32,824 bases of DNA from a virus, in the IMG/VR virus record IMGVR_UViG_3300010970_000108, positions 1-32,824 of that record, one strand, 5' to 3'. The position numbers and the translations under genes were made by a program. Shown here in pieces: positions 24,444-32,746 of the stretch. Every line of letters starts with the position of its first letter. Position 1 is the stretch's first letter. The notes beneath the pieces were generated by a model that ran no database searches, was not told the origin of the DNA, and saw only the letters and a program-made list of their open reading frames with translations.

Positions 24444-24737
24444 TTACAAAATTACTAAATTGAGTTCACTTGCAACCCAATTATAAATCCATTCGTTTAT
24501 ACTCATTGCAGGTTGGTCTCCCCAGTTAATATAGTCTTGACCACTAATGGAAGTATTCCCTTGAGCCACCGATTCACCTGCAACTTCATTACCTTCTGCA
24601 TCTTCAACCTTAGTGAATAGTTGCCAGTAGTTTGTAGCACTTGATTCGTAGTTGTCGTTAATGCCCGTTACTTGTAAAAACTCTGCCGTCTTGCTTACTC
24701 CGTTTGTCCATATTTGGACTGGTTCGATTTGTTTCAT
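24444..24737 (-). CDS. Hypothetical protein downstream of the tail fibre (possible fibre accessory or chaperone)
   Basis: The ATG at 24737 lies 6 nt after the tail-fibre stop. The track start at 24785 overlaps the fibre gene. Confidence 0.35.
   Translation of the reverse strand: MKQIEPVQIWTNGVSKTAEFLQVTGINDNYESSATNYWQLFTKVEDAEGNEVAGESVAQGNTSISGQDYINWGDQPAMSINEWIYNWVASELNLVIL
24447..24454 (-). promoter_or_regulatory. Possible Bacteroidota -7 box TAATTTTG ahead of the lysis cassette
   Basis: Minus strand reads TAATTTTG, then 15 nt, then the ATG at 24431. Confidence 0.3.
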
Positions 24738-24742
24738 ATTTA

Positions 24743-26935
24743 TTAAATTGATGTGATTGTTTCCCAAGCCGTAGTGTATACGCAAAGTTTGTTTAATGTT
24801 GTATCATAAACCATAAGACCTGCAACTGGTGATATTGCATTTTTTTGAGTAGTAGTAACTCTTGGTGGTCTAAAACCTTTTGTAGTTGAATTAAGGGATA
24901 ATAAAACTCCTGCTCCAACAGTTGTATCTGCTGTACCACTATATATTGATAAACCACCACCACTCGTAGCACCAGTTAAAACTACAGAACCACTATATAG
25001 ATTTAAAAAATTTTTCTCTAATCGTGTACCATATCCTTCATCATCTGTAAATGCTCTTGCTGCTAATTGTCCGCCAACTCTCATTATAGAAGAACCAACT
25101 TGACTATCAATTCCAACAGCAAGTGTACCACTAAAAAAACTTCTTGAGTTTCCACCAGTTGCATAAATAGCATAAGGATTTCCACCAGTTGCAGTAAATC
25201 TTAAACCAATATTAGTTACTCCAGTAAATGCTCCATTAGTAAATGTTGGTGTAACATCCAAGCCAACTGTAACATCATTATTTGCAGATGCAACTAATGT
25301 AGGTGTGTAGTTAGCACCTCTTGCTATTGCACTTGCAGCCGTAGTAGAACCAGTTACTGTTAACGCCCCACTCACCCTTGCAGTTCCGTTGACATCTAAT
25401 AGGTATGTTGATTCGGAAGTTGTTCCCAACAATAAACGACCTGCTGCCGTAAATCTATTAGTATGTGTTGAACCAATGAAATCTAAAGTGAATCCACCTA
25501 ATGTTAATGCCCTTGCACTTGTGAGAGTACCACTTGCATTATATATATTCGTTCCACTATATTGTGGTATGTTCAACGTAGCACCCACCAACGTAGCAGC
25601 ACCACTTGTTCCCGTAGTTGTAAGGGTTAAGGCTGCTTGTGGAGTATAACCCAACACCCCACCGATTGTATTTTTACTCCATAGGTTAGTTGATGAGTTC
25701 CAAAACAAGCCATCATTGTTGGCAGGTGATTGTGCAGATACGTTATGAAGTTCATCCATTTCATAACCGTTCTGAATGCGAACCTCAATGCGACCTTGTG
25801 TAGGATGGCTACGTGTTACTACCCCGATATAAACTAAATGATTAGGAGCATACTGCTTAGTAGTTGTATAAGCGCCTGCAACCGTTGAACTTAAGTATAA
25901 TTGATCCCCATCAGCAAATGCAGATGTATTTAACCCATCCAAATCACCAACCGCAACAACATAACCATTTGAATTGTTGCTTATATCTGCTTGAATAATT
26001 CCAAACGTTTGAGCCGATGTTGCATCTCCAGTAGCAAGTGCTTTGGTAACCGTTGGCTTATTTCCACTTGCGCCGTTTATGTATACAACCGTTCCTTTTG
26101 TTAATGTTGCCCCAGTTACATTTCTTACTTCACGCACTAATGTACCTGATTGACCTGCAATCGGGAAAGCAACCAATGAGCCATCCCCTGCGACATATTG
26201 CGTTGTATCTCCAGTTGGTGTTGTGCTTAATGCTCCGTTTGTATCACTTAAAACGATTCTTGTGCCAGTTCCTTGTAGCCTGGATAGTATGGTACTTGTT
26301 GCATCATCTCTGAATCTGATGTTTCCTTGTCCATCTGCAAGAATGATGTTGTTAGACAAACTTGCAACGCCTACATTGATTTGAGCGCCTATTAAAGTAT
26401 TATATGAACCACTTGTTAATATCCCTGATGTTACAATGCCGTAGCCTATTTGTGTATTATATGAACCGCTTGTTAATCGATTCAAACTATTTATACCTAT
26501 CGCAGTATTGCCAGTATTAGCACCAGTGGTTAAGTTTGCTAATGTTGTGGTTCCTATTGCCGTGTTGCCTATTCCATCAACATCTTGCGCCATTGATAGG
26601 TAGCCGATTGCAGTGTTCCAATTCCCAGTAGAATGTAATTTTAGAGAATTATATCCAATGGCAGTTGATGCAGTAGCACTAGTAAAAGACAATCCTGCTT
26701 GAACTCCTGATACTGTGTTAAATGCTAAACTACCATTTCCCTTACCAACGGTTAAACCATTAACTGTTAAATCATAAGCACCCAAGTTAACAGCACCAGT
26801 TGCGCCTGTGTAGGGAACTAATGGTAATTCTGCAAAGGTTGTTTTATATGAAGTTCCAGTGCTCGGGTCACCAACTAATGCTAAATCAGTACCTACCGCA
26901 GTCCTTGTACTTAACTGATTAATTTTTTTATTCAT
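24743..26935 (-). CDS. Tail fibre / receptor-binding protein with NTAIG-type repeats
   Basis: 730 aa, G/T/S/A/N-rich. Repeats read STAIGYNSL, NTAIGYLSM, NTAIGTTTL, NTAIGINSL, NTQIGYG and NTLIGAQ. The conserved-looking C-terminus is GFRPPRVTTTQKNAISPVAGLMVYDTTLNKLCVY. Confidence 0.7.
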   Translation of the reverse strand: MNKKINQLSTRTAVGTDLALVGDPSTGTSYKTTFAELPLVPYTGATGAVNLGAYDLTVNGLTVGKGNGSLAFNTVSGVQAGLSFTSATASTAIGYNSLKLHSTGNWNTAIGYLSMAQDVDGIGNTAIGTTTLANLTTGANTGNTAIGINSLNRLTSGSYNTQIGYGIVTSGILTSGSYNTLIGAQINVGVASLSNNIILADGQGNIRFRDDATSTILSRLQGTGTRIVLSDTNGALSTTPTGDTTQYVAGDGSLVAFPIAGQSGTLVREVRNVTGATLTKGTVVYINGASGNKPTVTKALATGDATSAQTFGIIQADISNNSNGYVVAVGDLDGLNTSAFADGDQLYLSSTVAGAYTTTKQYAPNHLVYIGVVTRSHPTQGRIEVRIQNGYEMDELHNVSAQSPANNDGLFWNSSTNLWSKNTIGGVLGYTPQAALTLTTTGTSGAATLVGATLNIPQYSGTNIYNASGTLTSARALTLGGFTLDFIGSTHTNRFTAAGRLLLGTTSESTYLLDVNGTARVSGALTVTGSTTAASAIARGANYTPTLVASANNDVTVGLDVTPTFTNGAFTGVTNIGLRFTATGGNPYAIYATGGNSRSFFSGTLAVGIDSQVGSSIMRVGGQLAARAFTDDEGYGTRLEKNFLNLYSGSVVLTGATSGGGLSIYSGTADTTVGAGVLLSLNSTTKGFRPPRVTTTQKNAISPVAGLMVYDTTLNKLCVYTTAWETITSI

Positions 26936-27923
26936 AAATATATTTATCTGAATCGTTTATTAAGAAATACTGTCCATCATCCCAAAGCAAGAAGTTTCCT
27001 GCATCCAATGGAACTTGACATTTATTCGCATCGAACCTCGCACCAATCTGAACCGTTACTGAAACACCAGCACACAAGTCTTGAAGTTCATAGTCATTTA
27101 CCGACATTGTGTATTCGGTGTTCAACTGCCATGCAAATCCATTGTAGTTTAACATTGCGATGAAATCCTGAGCAACTGAACTCATATCCGATTTGACTTC
27201 CCATTCGTTTTGCAATGCGTTGTTTGAAATGTCCAACAAATCAAAGAAGTAAAATGTAAATTGATACTTCGCAAGCCTATCAGTTAATGATATGTTTCCA
27301 CTCCTATTTAGTTCTGCAAAGCAAGCTGGATATATTACATCTTCAGAATCTAAAAACTCATCAAAGTCACCTAAAAAATAGTGATTGATTTGTTTGTGCG
27401 AAAGTGCCAATGTTTCAAGCCTTGTGATTATTTGCTTTAATGTTAAATTAGAATCCGTATAATCAGCGAAAGCATACTCAGTAGGGACCTGGCATCTATC
27501 CGCATCGAATTTACTACCGATTGTAACATCAACTTTTATACCTCCGCAAAGGTCTTGAAGTTGATATTTTTTGATTTCAATATTATACGAATCGTTTATT
27601 TCCCAATCGGTGTAAGTTGTATCATAAATCAATGCTAAGTAATCTTGTGCAATTTGCGTTAAATCACTTGATATTTCCCATTGATTCTGCAAAGCATTAT
27701 CAGAAACATCAAGCAAGTCTAAAACGTAAAAAGTAAAATTATAATTCGTTACTCGATTCGTTAGGTTGATGGAATTATCAGGCTTTAACTCTGCAAAGAT
27801 TGCAGGGTAAACCACATCGGCATCATCCAAGAACTCATCAGCAGCACCACAAAAAAAGTGGTTAACTTGCCGATGACTTAGAGCCAGTTCCTCTAACCTT
27901 GATATGATTTGTTTTAGCGTCAA
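26928..27923 (-). CDS. Tandem-duplicated two-domain virion protein (neck/tail adaptor candidate)
   Basis: 331 aa. Residues ~1-147 and ~160-306 are homologous (TLKQIISRLEELALSH vs TLKQIITRLETLALSH; both end CQVP). The track start is a TTG. Confidence 0.5.
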   Translation of the reverse strand: MTLKQIISRLEELALSHRQVNHFFCGAADEFLDDADVVYPAIFAELKPDNSINLTNRVTNYNFTFYVLDLLDVSDNALQNQWEISSDLTQIAQDYLALIYDTTYTDWEINDSYNIEIKKYQLQDLCGGIKVDVTIGSKFDADRCQVPTEYAFADYTDSNLTLKQIITRLETLALSHKQINHYFLGDFDEFLDSEDVIYPACFAELNRSGNISLTDRLAKYQFTFYFFDLLDISNNALQNEWEVKSDMSSVAQDFIAMLNYNGFAWQLNTEYTMSVNDYELQDLCAGVSVTVQIGARFDANKCQVPLDAGNFLLWDDGQYFLINDSDKYIYE

Positions 27924-27977
27924 CTTTTGCGAAATATATTTTTAATTTATCGAGATTCTTTTTGTTAGTTTTCTTGC

Positions 27978-28577
27978 TCATATATAATATGGGTCATTAG
28001 AATTGTATCCCGCAGGCGGTCGATTGTTCAATGAATAATCATCCCTTGGTGCTTCGGTTTCGTTACCCAAAAATATTGGATTAGTATAGGATGTCCTATC
28101 AGGATAAACCGTATCAACCCCAGCAACGAAAGTAAAGTATTCAGGGAATAAGGCATTACCATTTTGTATCAGATACATTCTTGCACGCTTGCTATAATGT
28201 TCTGCCCTTGATTTATATTTAGCTACAATCGAATACATTTCACTCATTGATGGTTGTGTAGCGTTATCAACTGTTTTCTGAGAAACTCCCTTGTTCCAAA
28301 ATTGATAATTAAGTCCTTCGGGTAATTCAGACATTACATAATTACAAACCGCCATCACAAGGTAATCATCAACCAACGTTTTGTAATTGCCAGTAAGTGT
28401 ATTTGCTGCAATATCTGCAAGTATCTTGTTAAACAAAGTTGAACCAAGCAACGGCATGATGTAAAGGTCCTGAACTGCTTTAATCTCAGGATATATAAGT
28501 TTATCATCTACATTATCATGCAATGACATTCTTTCTTTGATGACGGAAGGCAGTATTATATATGTTACGGTAGCCAT
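27978..28577 (-). CDS. Hypothetical virion protein (head-completion/connector candidate by position)
   Basis: 199-aa ORF whose start codon shares 1 nt with the portal stop codon (28577). Confidence 0.35.
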   Translation of the reverse strand: MATVTYIILPSVIKERMSLHDNVDDKLIYPEIKAVQDLYIMPLLGSTLFNKILADIAANTLTGNYKTLVDDYLVMAVCNYVMSELPEGLNYQFWNKGVSQKTVDNATQPSMSEMYSIVAKYKSRAEHYSKRARMYLIQNGNALFPEYFTFVAGVDTVYPDRTSYTNPIFLGNETEAPRDDYSLNNRPPAGYNSNDPYYI

Positions 28578-30571
28578 TACTTTTGTTTTTTAATTACTAT
28601 GTGCTTTACCCACTCATGTCTACATTGATATTCAATCACTCCGTTATTGTTCCAAAATCCACCACATCTTTTAAATACTGAATACCCTACACGTTGAGAA
28701 ATATCTTGAATGTTTTTAATACTCCATACTTTACCAGCCTTGCTAAGTTCAACCAACTTCACACAAAACTTTCTTGATGTTGGTAACAAGTCTTTGCCTT
28801 CTGCAATACTCCGCTTCTCATAGGTATAAACTACCTTAATTTCAGGCAGTTGCTTCGGTGGAATCCTTTCAGTAACCTTGCGGATAGTACCATCTAATTT
28901 AATTGCACCATTCTTAATAAGGTTAGTTATTATATCAGTTACAATATATCTTTCAAGTTTCAAAGCTTCTGCAATCTGATTGTTATCAAGTTCAGGTTGT
29001 TTTTTCAACAACTCTAAAATATTCATTTCTCTTTCGGTGTAATCTGCGAAGGATTCGTGAACTACGAAATCATCATCCGAGCCATCATAAGAAGATGAAC
29101 TAATGATGTCAAACTCATCTCTATTGTATCCGCACTCGGCAAACATATTCGCCAGGTATTCATCATCATCTTGTGCGCTGAATTGTTCTTCAACACCTAA
29201 GTATTGATTAATTTGCTCAGTTGTAAACCCATACGCTTGTAACTGAATTGCAGCTTGATTTTTCGATAGTTTACCTTGTGTGAACAAACGTACTATACGC
29301 AATAAGTTTTGTTGCTGCCTGCCGCTTATATTGACCAAGGCATCATTTCCTTGTTGGGCTTGTAGTTGTTCTGCTTGTGGTTCGTACTTACTAATATCAA
29401 TTCCCAACTTTTCAAGAACCCAAGCACGAGGTAAAAGTTCTTTAAAGTCCAAAGGATTGAGTTCAATACCTACTGGAACAATATCTTTTATCTTATATTC
29501 TACATCAATTCCTGCAACCCTTGAAAAATACTTTACAAGTGTTTCAATGTTTCTTTGCTTGTAATTAACGTAAGTACTTTTGAAGATTTCAAATGCAGTT
29601 TTTAGTTCAGTTGCGCCACCTAATTTGCCCTCTTGTTGGATGGCAAATAACATTCCGTTAGTTACGTTATGACCAGTTATAATGTTGTTGGTAATGAGGT
29701 TATCAACTTGGGTAAAATCTTCCTTAGTCATATCACTTGCACCCAAGTCATCAATGGTCGGCTTCTTTGCAGGATCATTGTTGAAGGCAATTAATAACTT
29801 CTTACCTTCCGCACCAGTAGCAGCATTTTCAAGCCTTGCTTGTATGCCTGCCTTCTTTTTTTCATCAGGTTCACCGTTGTAGAAGTTGATGAACTTAGAT
29901 GCACTAAACCCAGTCTTAGCATTGGTTAATGTATGCCTACTTACCTCGATATCAGATTCGATGTAGTTAGCAGCAGCAACCCAAGTAGGCAATGCGTATG
30001 GTGCTTTTCCGCAACGATATTCTTTGTAATAAAATATTGATGTTTCCTTTATTGTTGGATGGAATGCTGGGTATTCTTTCTCAGCCTTAACTAAGTTATT
30101 CTCCCATTTCTTTTTATAATAAAAACAAGTGTTGTGTTCGTTAGTCCTTATCTTATCGTAGGCAATATGGTAGTAATTGTAACCACCAATAAGTTTAGGT
30201 ATGACTTGAAAATAACATCCTCCAAAGTTTTCAATATCAAGGCAAGCCATTTTAATCAACTCATCCCAAGTTTGTTTCTCGTTGGCTTTTTTCAAGAACA
30301 ATTCACCTTGTGGATCTTCAGAACTTAAACCATTTCCTAATATGTAAACGCACTTACCATTAATGATTGCGTTATGCTTTGCAGATTTGTTGTAAAGCCA
30401 TAACAAGTAAGTAGGATAATCGTTTCTATCACCGAAGGGAATATAATCGTATCCTCTTTTTTCTTGCATTGTAGGAATACGTGAATCTGCAAATTCCATG
30501 CTTGAAACTTGCATAATATCACCTTGATTGGTATTAACCTGCGTATCCTTTATATTGAGTCGTTGGCGCAT
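28577..30571 (-). CDS. Portal protein with a long C-terminal extension (acidic linker, winged-helix-like segment, Cys/His MuF-like tail)
   Basis: 664 aa. The N-terminal ~400 aa look portal-like (YPTYLLWLYNKSAKHNAIINGKCVYILGNG). The C-terminus has NILELLKKQPELDNNQIAEALKLERYIVTDIITNLIKNG and GGFWNNNGVIEYQCRHEW. An alternative start at 30514 avoids overlap with the upstream gene. Confidence 0.6.
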   Translation of the reverse strand: MRQRLNIKDTQVNTNQGDIMQVSSMEFADSRIPTMQEKRGYDYIPFGDRNDYPTYLLWLYNKSAKHNAIINGKCVYILGNGLSSEDPQGELFLKKANEKQTWDELIKMACLDIENFGGCYFQVIPKLIGGYNYYHIAYDKIRTNEHNTCFYYKKKWENNLVKAEKEYPAFHPTIKETSIFYYKEYRCGKAPYALPTWVAAANYIESDIEVSRHTLTNAKTGFSASKFINFYNGEPDEKKKAGIQARLENAATGAEGKKLLIAFNNDPAKKPTIDDLGASDMTKEDFTQVDNLITNNIITGHNVTNGMLFAIQQEGKLGGATELKTAFEIFKSTYVNYKQRNIETLVKYFSRVAGIDVEYKIKDIVPVGIELNPLDFKELLPRAWVLEKLGIDISKYEPQAEQLQAQQGNDALVNISGRQQQNLLRIVRLFTQGKLSKNQAAIQLQAYGFTTEQINQYLGVEEQFSAQDDDEYLANMFAECGYNRDEFDIISSSSYDGSDDDFVVHESFADYTEREMNILELLKKQPELDNNQIAEALKLERYIVTDIITNLIKNGAIKLDGTIRKVTERIPPKQLPEIKVVYTYEKRSIAEGKDLLPTSRKFCVKLVELSKAGKVWSIKNIQDISQRVGYSVFKRCGGFWNNNGVIEYQCRHEWVKHIVIKKQK

Positions 30572-30914
30572 ATCCTTGTTTTATTAAGTTGTTCTCAGGT
30601 TGTAGTAGCATCTTGCCACATTCAACCATGTTAAGTCCTGATGGATCTAAATTACTGCTTGATGATTGCTCATAAACCTCGTAACTAAATTGTCCTGCTT
30701 GTGCAGATGCAAATAAAGTAACGGTGTTAAATGAAAATATATTTATTCTTGTTGGGTATTCTGATGTATCAGAAGTAGAATTTACGTTGATCTTGTATTG
30801 TACTTTAGTTGATACATTGGTAAACACAAATAAATAATACGGATTCGTTAACGTTGTTGATTCCGTTAACGTTACCAAAGTATCTGATTGACTATTTATC
30901 GTGTATAGTAGCAT
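30534..30914 (-). CDS. Hypothetical virion protein
   Basis: 126-aa ORF immediately downstream of promoter-like motif copy B. Confidence 0.4.
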   Translation of the reverse strand: MLLYTINSQSDTLVTLTESTTLTNPYYLFVFTNVSTKVQYKINVNSTSDTSEYPTRINIFSFNTVTLFASAQAGQFSYEVYEQSSSSNLDPSGLNMVECGKMLLQPENNLIKQGYAPTTQYKGYAG

Positions 30915-30920
30915 TCTATC

Positions 30921-30950
30921 TATATATAGTGAAAATCACGTTTTTGTTTC
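30921..30950 (-). promoter_or_regulatory. Candidate phage late promoter, copy B: GAAACAAAA-N11-ACTATATATA
   Basis: On the minus strand, GAAACAAAA (30950..30942), an 11-nt spacer, then ACTATATATA (30930..30921), ending 6 nt before the ATG at 30914. It directly follows a terminator, as copy A does. Confidence 0.5.
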
Positions 30951-30954
30951 AAAT

Positions 30955-30982
30955 AAAAAAACCCAGTATAGAAATACTGGGC
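30955..30982 (-). terminator. Strong intrinsic terminator after gene 31008..31520
   Basis: Minus strand reads CCCAGTAT-ttct-ATACTGGG (8-bp stem), then seven T. Confidence 0.85.
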
Positions 30983-31007
30983 TTCAAATAACAACAACTG
31001 TTTTTTA

Positions 31008-31520
31008 TTAAGTTAGCAAAGTTGCTAAGGTAGTATCATCAACCTCATAAGCAAGGTTCTTTTCATCTCCTTCGAAAGTCAACTCATAACCATTTCTATC
31101 AGCAAGAACCTTTCCAGTCTTTGCAGATGCAGTGGTAAGAGTCAACCCATAGTCAGAACCGTACATCCAATTAGTTGAATTCTCATCAACAAAGATAAAA
31201 ATCAACCTATTTTGTGCAAGTAAGAATAATTCATTTCTTACTGCAACGGTCATTTTATTAATTGGGAATTTAATTGTCTGCTTATTGCTAAGTGTTCCCA
31301 TTTCACGAGATGCCGTAAGGGCTTCATCACCTTCGCCAGTGTGGGCAATTAAATTATATTTCTTAAAAACTTTTGTGGATGCCTTAGTGATTGCAGTTAC
31401 AACTCCAGCAGATTGAGTAAAGGAAGTTACGTTCTCGAATTCGATAACATAAACCTCTTTCATCCCCCCGTAGTTCAATCTACAATCTAAGTTATATCCT
31501 TGCGTTAAAGCACAAGCCAT
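31008..31520 (-). CDS. Abundant virion protein candidate (tail tube or head decoration), function unknown
   Basis: 170-aa ORF directly after the capsid gene. It is bracketed by a hairpin upstream and a strong terminator downstream. Confidence 0.35.
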   Translation of the reverse strand: MACALTQGYNLDCRLNYGGMKEVYVIEFENVTSFTQSAGVVTAITKASTKVFKKYNLIAHTGEGDEALTASREMGTLSNKQTIKFPINKMTVAVRNELFLLAQNRLIFIFVDENSTNWMYGSDYGLTLTTASAKTGKVLADRNGYELTFEGDEKNLAYEVDDTTLATLLT

Positions 31521-31538
31521 AGTTGTATATTTTTAATA

Positions 31539-31563
31539 AGGGCAGATATTAACTATCTGCCCT
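31539..31563 (-). other. Perfect 10-bp hairpin after the capsid gene, without a U-tract
   Basis: AGGGCAGATA (31539..31548) pairs with TATCTGCCCT (31554..31563), with a 5-nt loop. The downstream minus-strand sequence is TATTAAAAAT, not a T run. Confidence 0.5.
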
Positions 31564-31574
31564 CGTTAGTAATC

Positions 31575-32573
31575 TTATCCGATGTAAAGAACGTTTGTTG
31601 CTTGTCTTGCAACGTGCGCTGCTATAGTGAAAATTGTTTTTACGAACATATCTTCACGATTGTTAGCAATCTTGTTGATTTCCATTCTATTGATATCAGC
31701 AACCAAATCAGTAGCCCATATCAAGTTAGAAGGCAAAGCAACGATGATAACATTCTCAGACAATGGAACAAATTTAATCTCAATTCCGTTGTAGAAGTAT
31801 TTATCGGCTTTGATATCCACCGCAAACAAATCACGATAAGTTGCACTAACATTGTAAATGTTAATCAACTGCTTATGTGAGTAAGGAGCATAGATATAAG
31901 GCTTTTCAGTTTGTGCCAAAACTACGGCTGGTAGTGCAGTATAGCACTTTGCATACTCGGCAGCTATGTTGCTCGATGAGATAGTCGTTCCCGCAACTTT
32001 AACACGCAATCCGAGTGCGCCATTGTTGTAGAGCATCTTAGCAACTACGCCATCAATTTGTCCAGCAGTTTGAGCAGCAGACCAAGTTTGTTCAGCAGCA
32101 CCTATTGCAGTGTTTGCAGTACCTGGAGTCAATGCAGCGATAGCAGTTTTGGTTGCTGAAGTAATACCAGTCCAAAACTTTACTTCTGAATCACTTGAAA
32201 TTTCACGACCATAACCAGCCATAACAGTTCTTTCAAATTCAGAACTCATGACTTCCCAAGCACCTGGACGCATAGAACGCTTAAACCTTGAAGGACGCAA
32301 AGTGTTTGGATCAAATTCTTGGTAGTACATTACTTTTGTTGGAGTCAACGCAACATCGGTAAATCCTAAAGTTCCACTTGAACTTGGCGCACCACTTGCG
32401 AAGGCTTGCATAGCCACGATGTTCGCAGTTTCAGTAATGATTGTTTCGTTTTTTACATCAGTTTCAAAAGAAACTAAGTTTTCAGAAACTGTCTTGTTTT
32501 CAAAAAGTAATTCCTCAAGAACTGGCTCGAAGGCTTTGCCCCTGATGTCAACTATTGTAGCAGATATTGCCAT
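31575..32573 (-). CDS. Major capsid protein (HK97-fold candidate)
   Basis: 332 aa, A/T/G/S-rich. It lies downstream of the protease-like and scaffold-like genes. Size is typical of HK97-fold capsid proteins. No search was possible. Confidence 0.6.
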   Translation of the reverse strand: MAISATIVDIRGKAFEPVLEELLFENKTVSENLVSFETDVKNETIITETANIVAMQAFASGAPSSSGTLGFTDVALTPTKVMYYQEFDPNTLRPSRFKRSMRPGAWEVMSSEFERTVMAGYGREISSDSEVKFWTGITSATKTAIAALTPGTANTAIGAAEQTWSAAQTAGQIDGVVAKMLYNNGALGLRVKVAGTTISSSNIAAEYAKCYTALPAVVLAQTEKPYIYAPYSHKQLINIYNVSATYRDLFAVDIKADKYFYNGIEIKFVPLSENVIIVALPSNLIWATDLVADINRMEINKIANNREDMFVKTIFTIAAHVARQATNVLYIG

Positions 32574-32574
32574 T

Positions 32575-32745
32575 TTATTTTTGTTTTAATTGTTTAGATT
32601 CTTTTATTTCTTCCACACCATCAGGGAACTTTGCTTTCAAATATTCCAAAGATTCTTGTGATAATTTACTTTCGCTTGTCAATGCTTCGGCATCTTTGCT
32701 TATGCCAAATGGATATAACTTCACACCTTCTTTTATTCTCAACAT
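32575..32745 (-). CDS. Small K/E-rich protein upstream of the capsid gene
   Basis: The ATG at 32745 lies 1 nt after the TAA of the wrapping scaffold gene. The track start at 32778 is a TTG that overlaps that gene in another frame. Confidence 0.4.
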   Translation of the reverse strand: MLRIKEGVKLYPFGISKDAEALTSESKLSQESLEYLKAKFPDGVEEIKESKQLKQK

Positions 32746-32746
32746 C

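Noticed and set aside
26928-27923. The tandem repeat next to the tail fibre considered as a diversity-generating retroelement TR/VR pair
   Set aside because: There is no reverse transcriptase anywhere in the genome. The two copies are too diverged (roughly half the residues differ) and both lie in one ORF, so this is a domain duplication.
30337-30522. Alternative-frame minus ORF 30337..30522 and plus ORF 30134..30328 inside the portal gene
   Set aside because: They are embedded in the portal frame, and their translations are low-complexity with no support.
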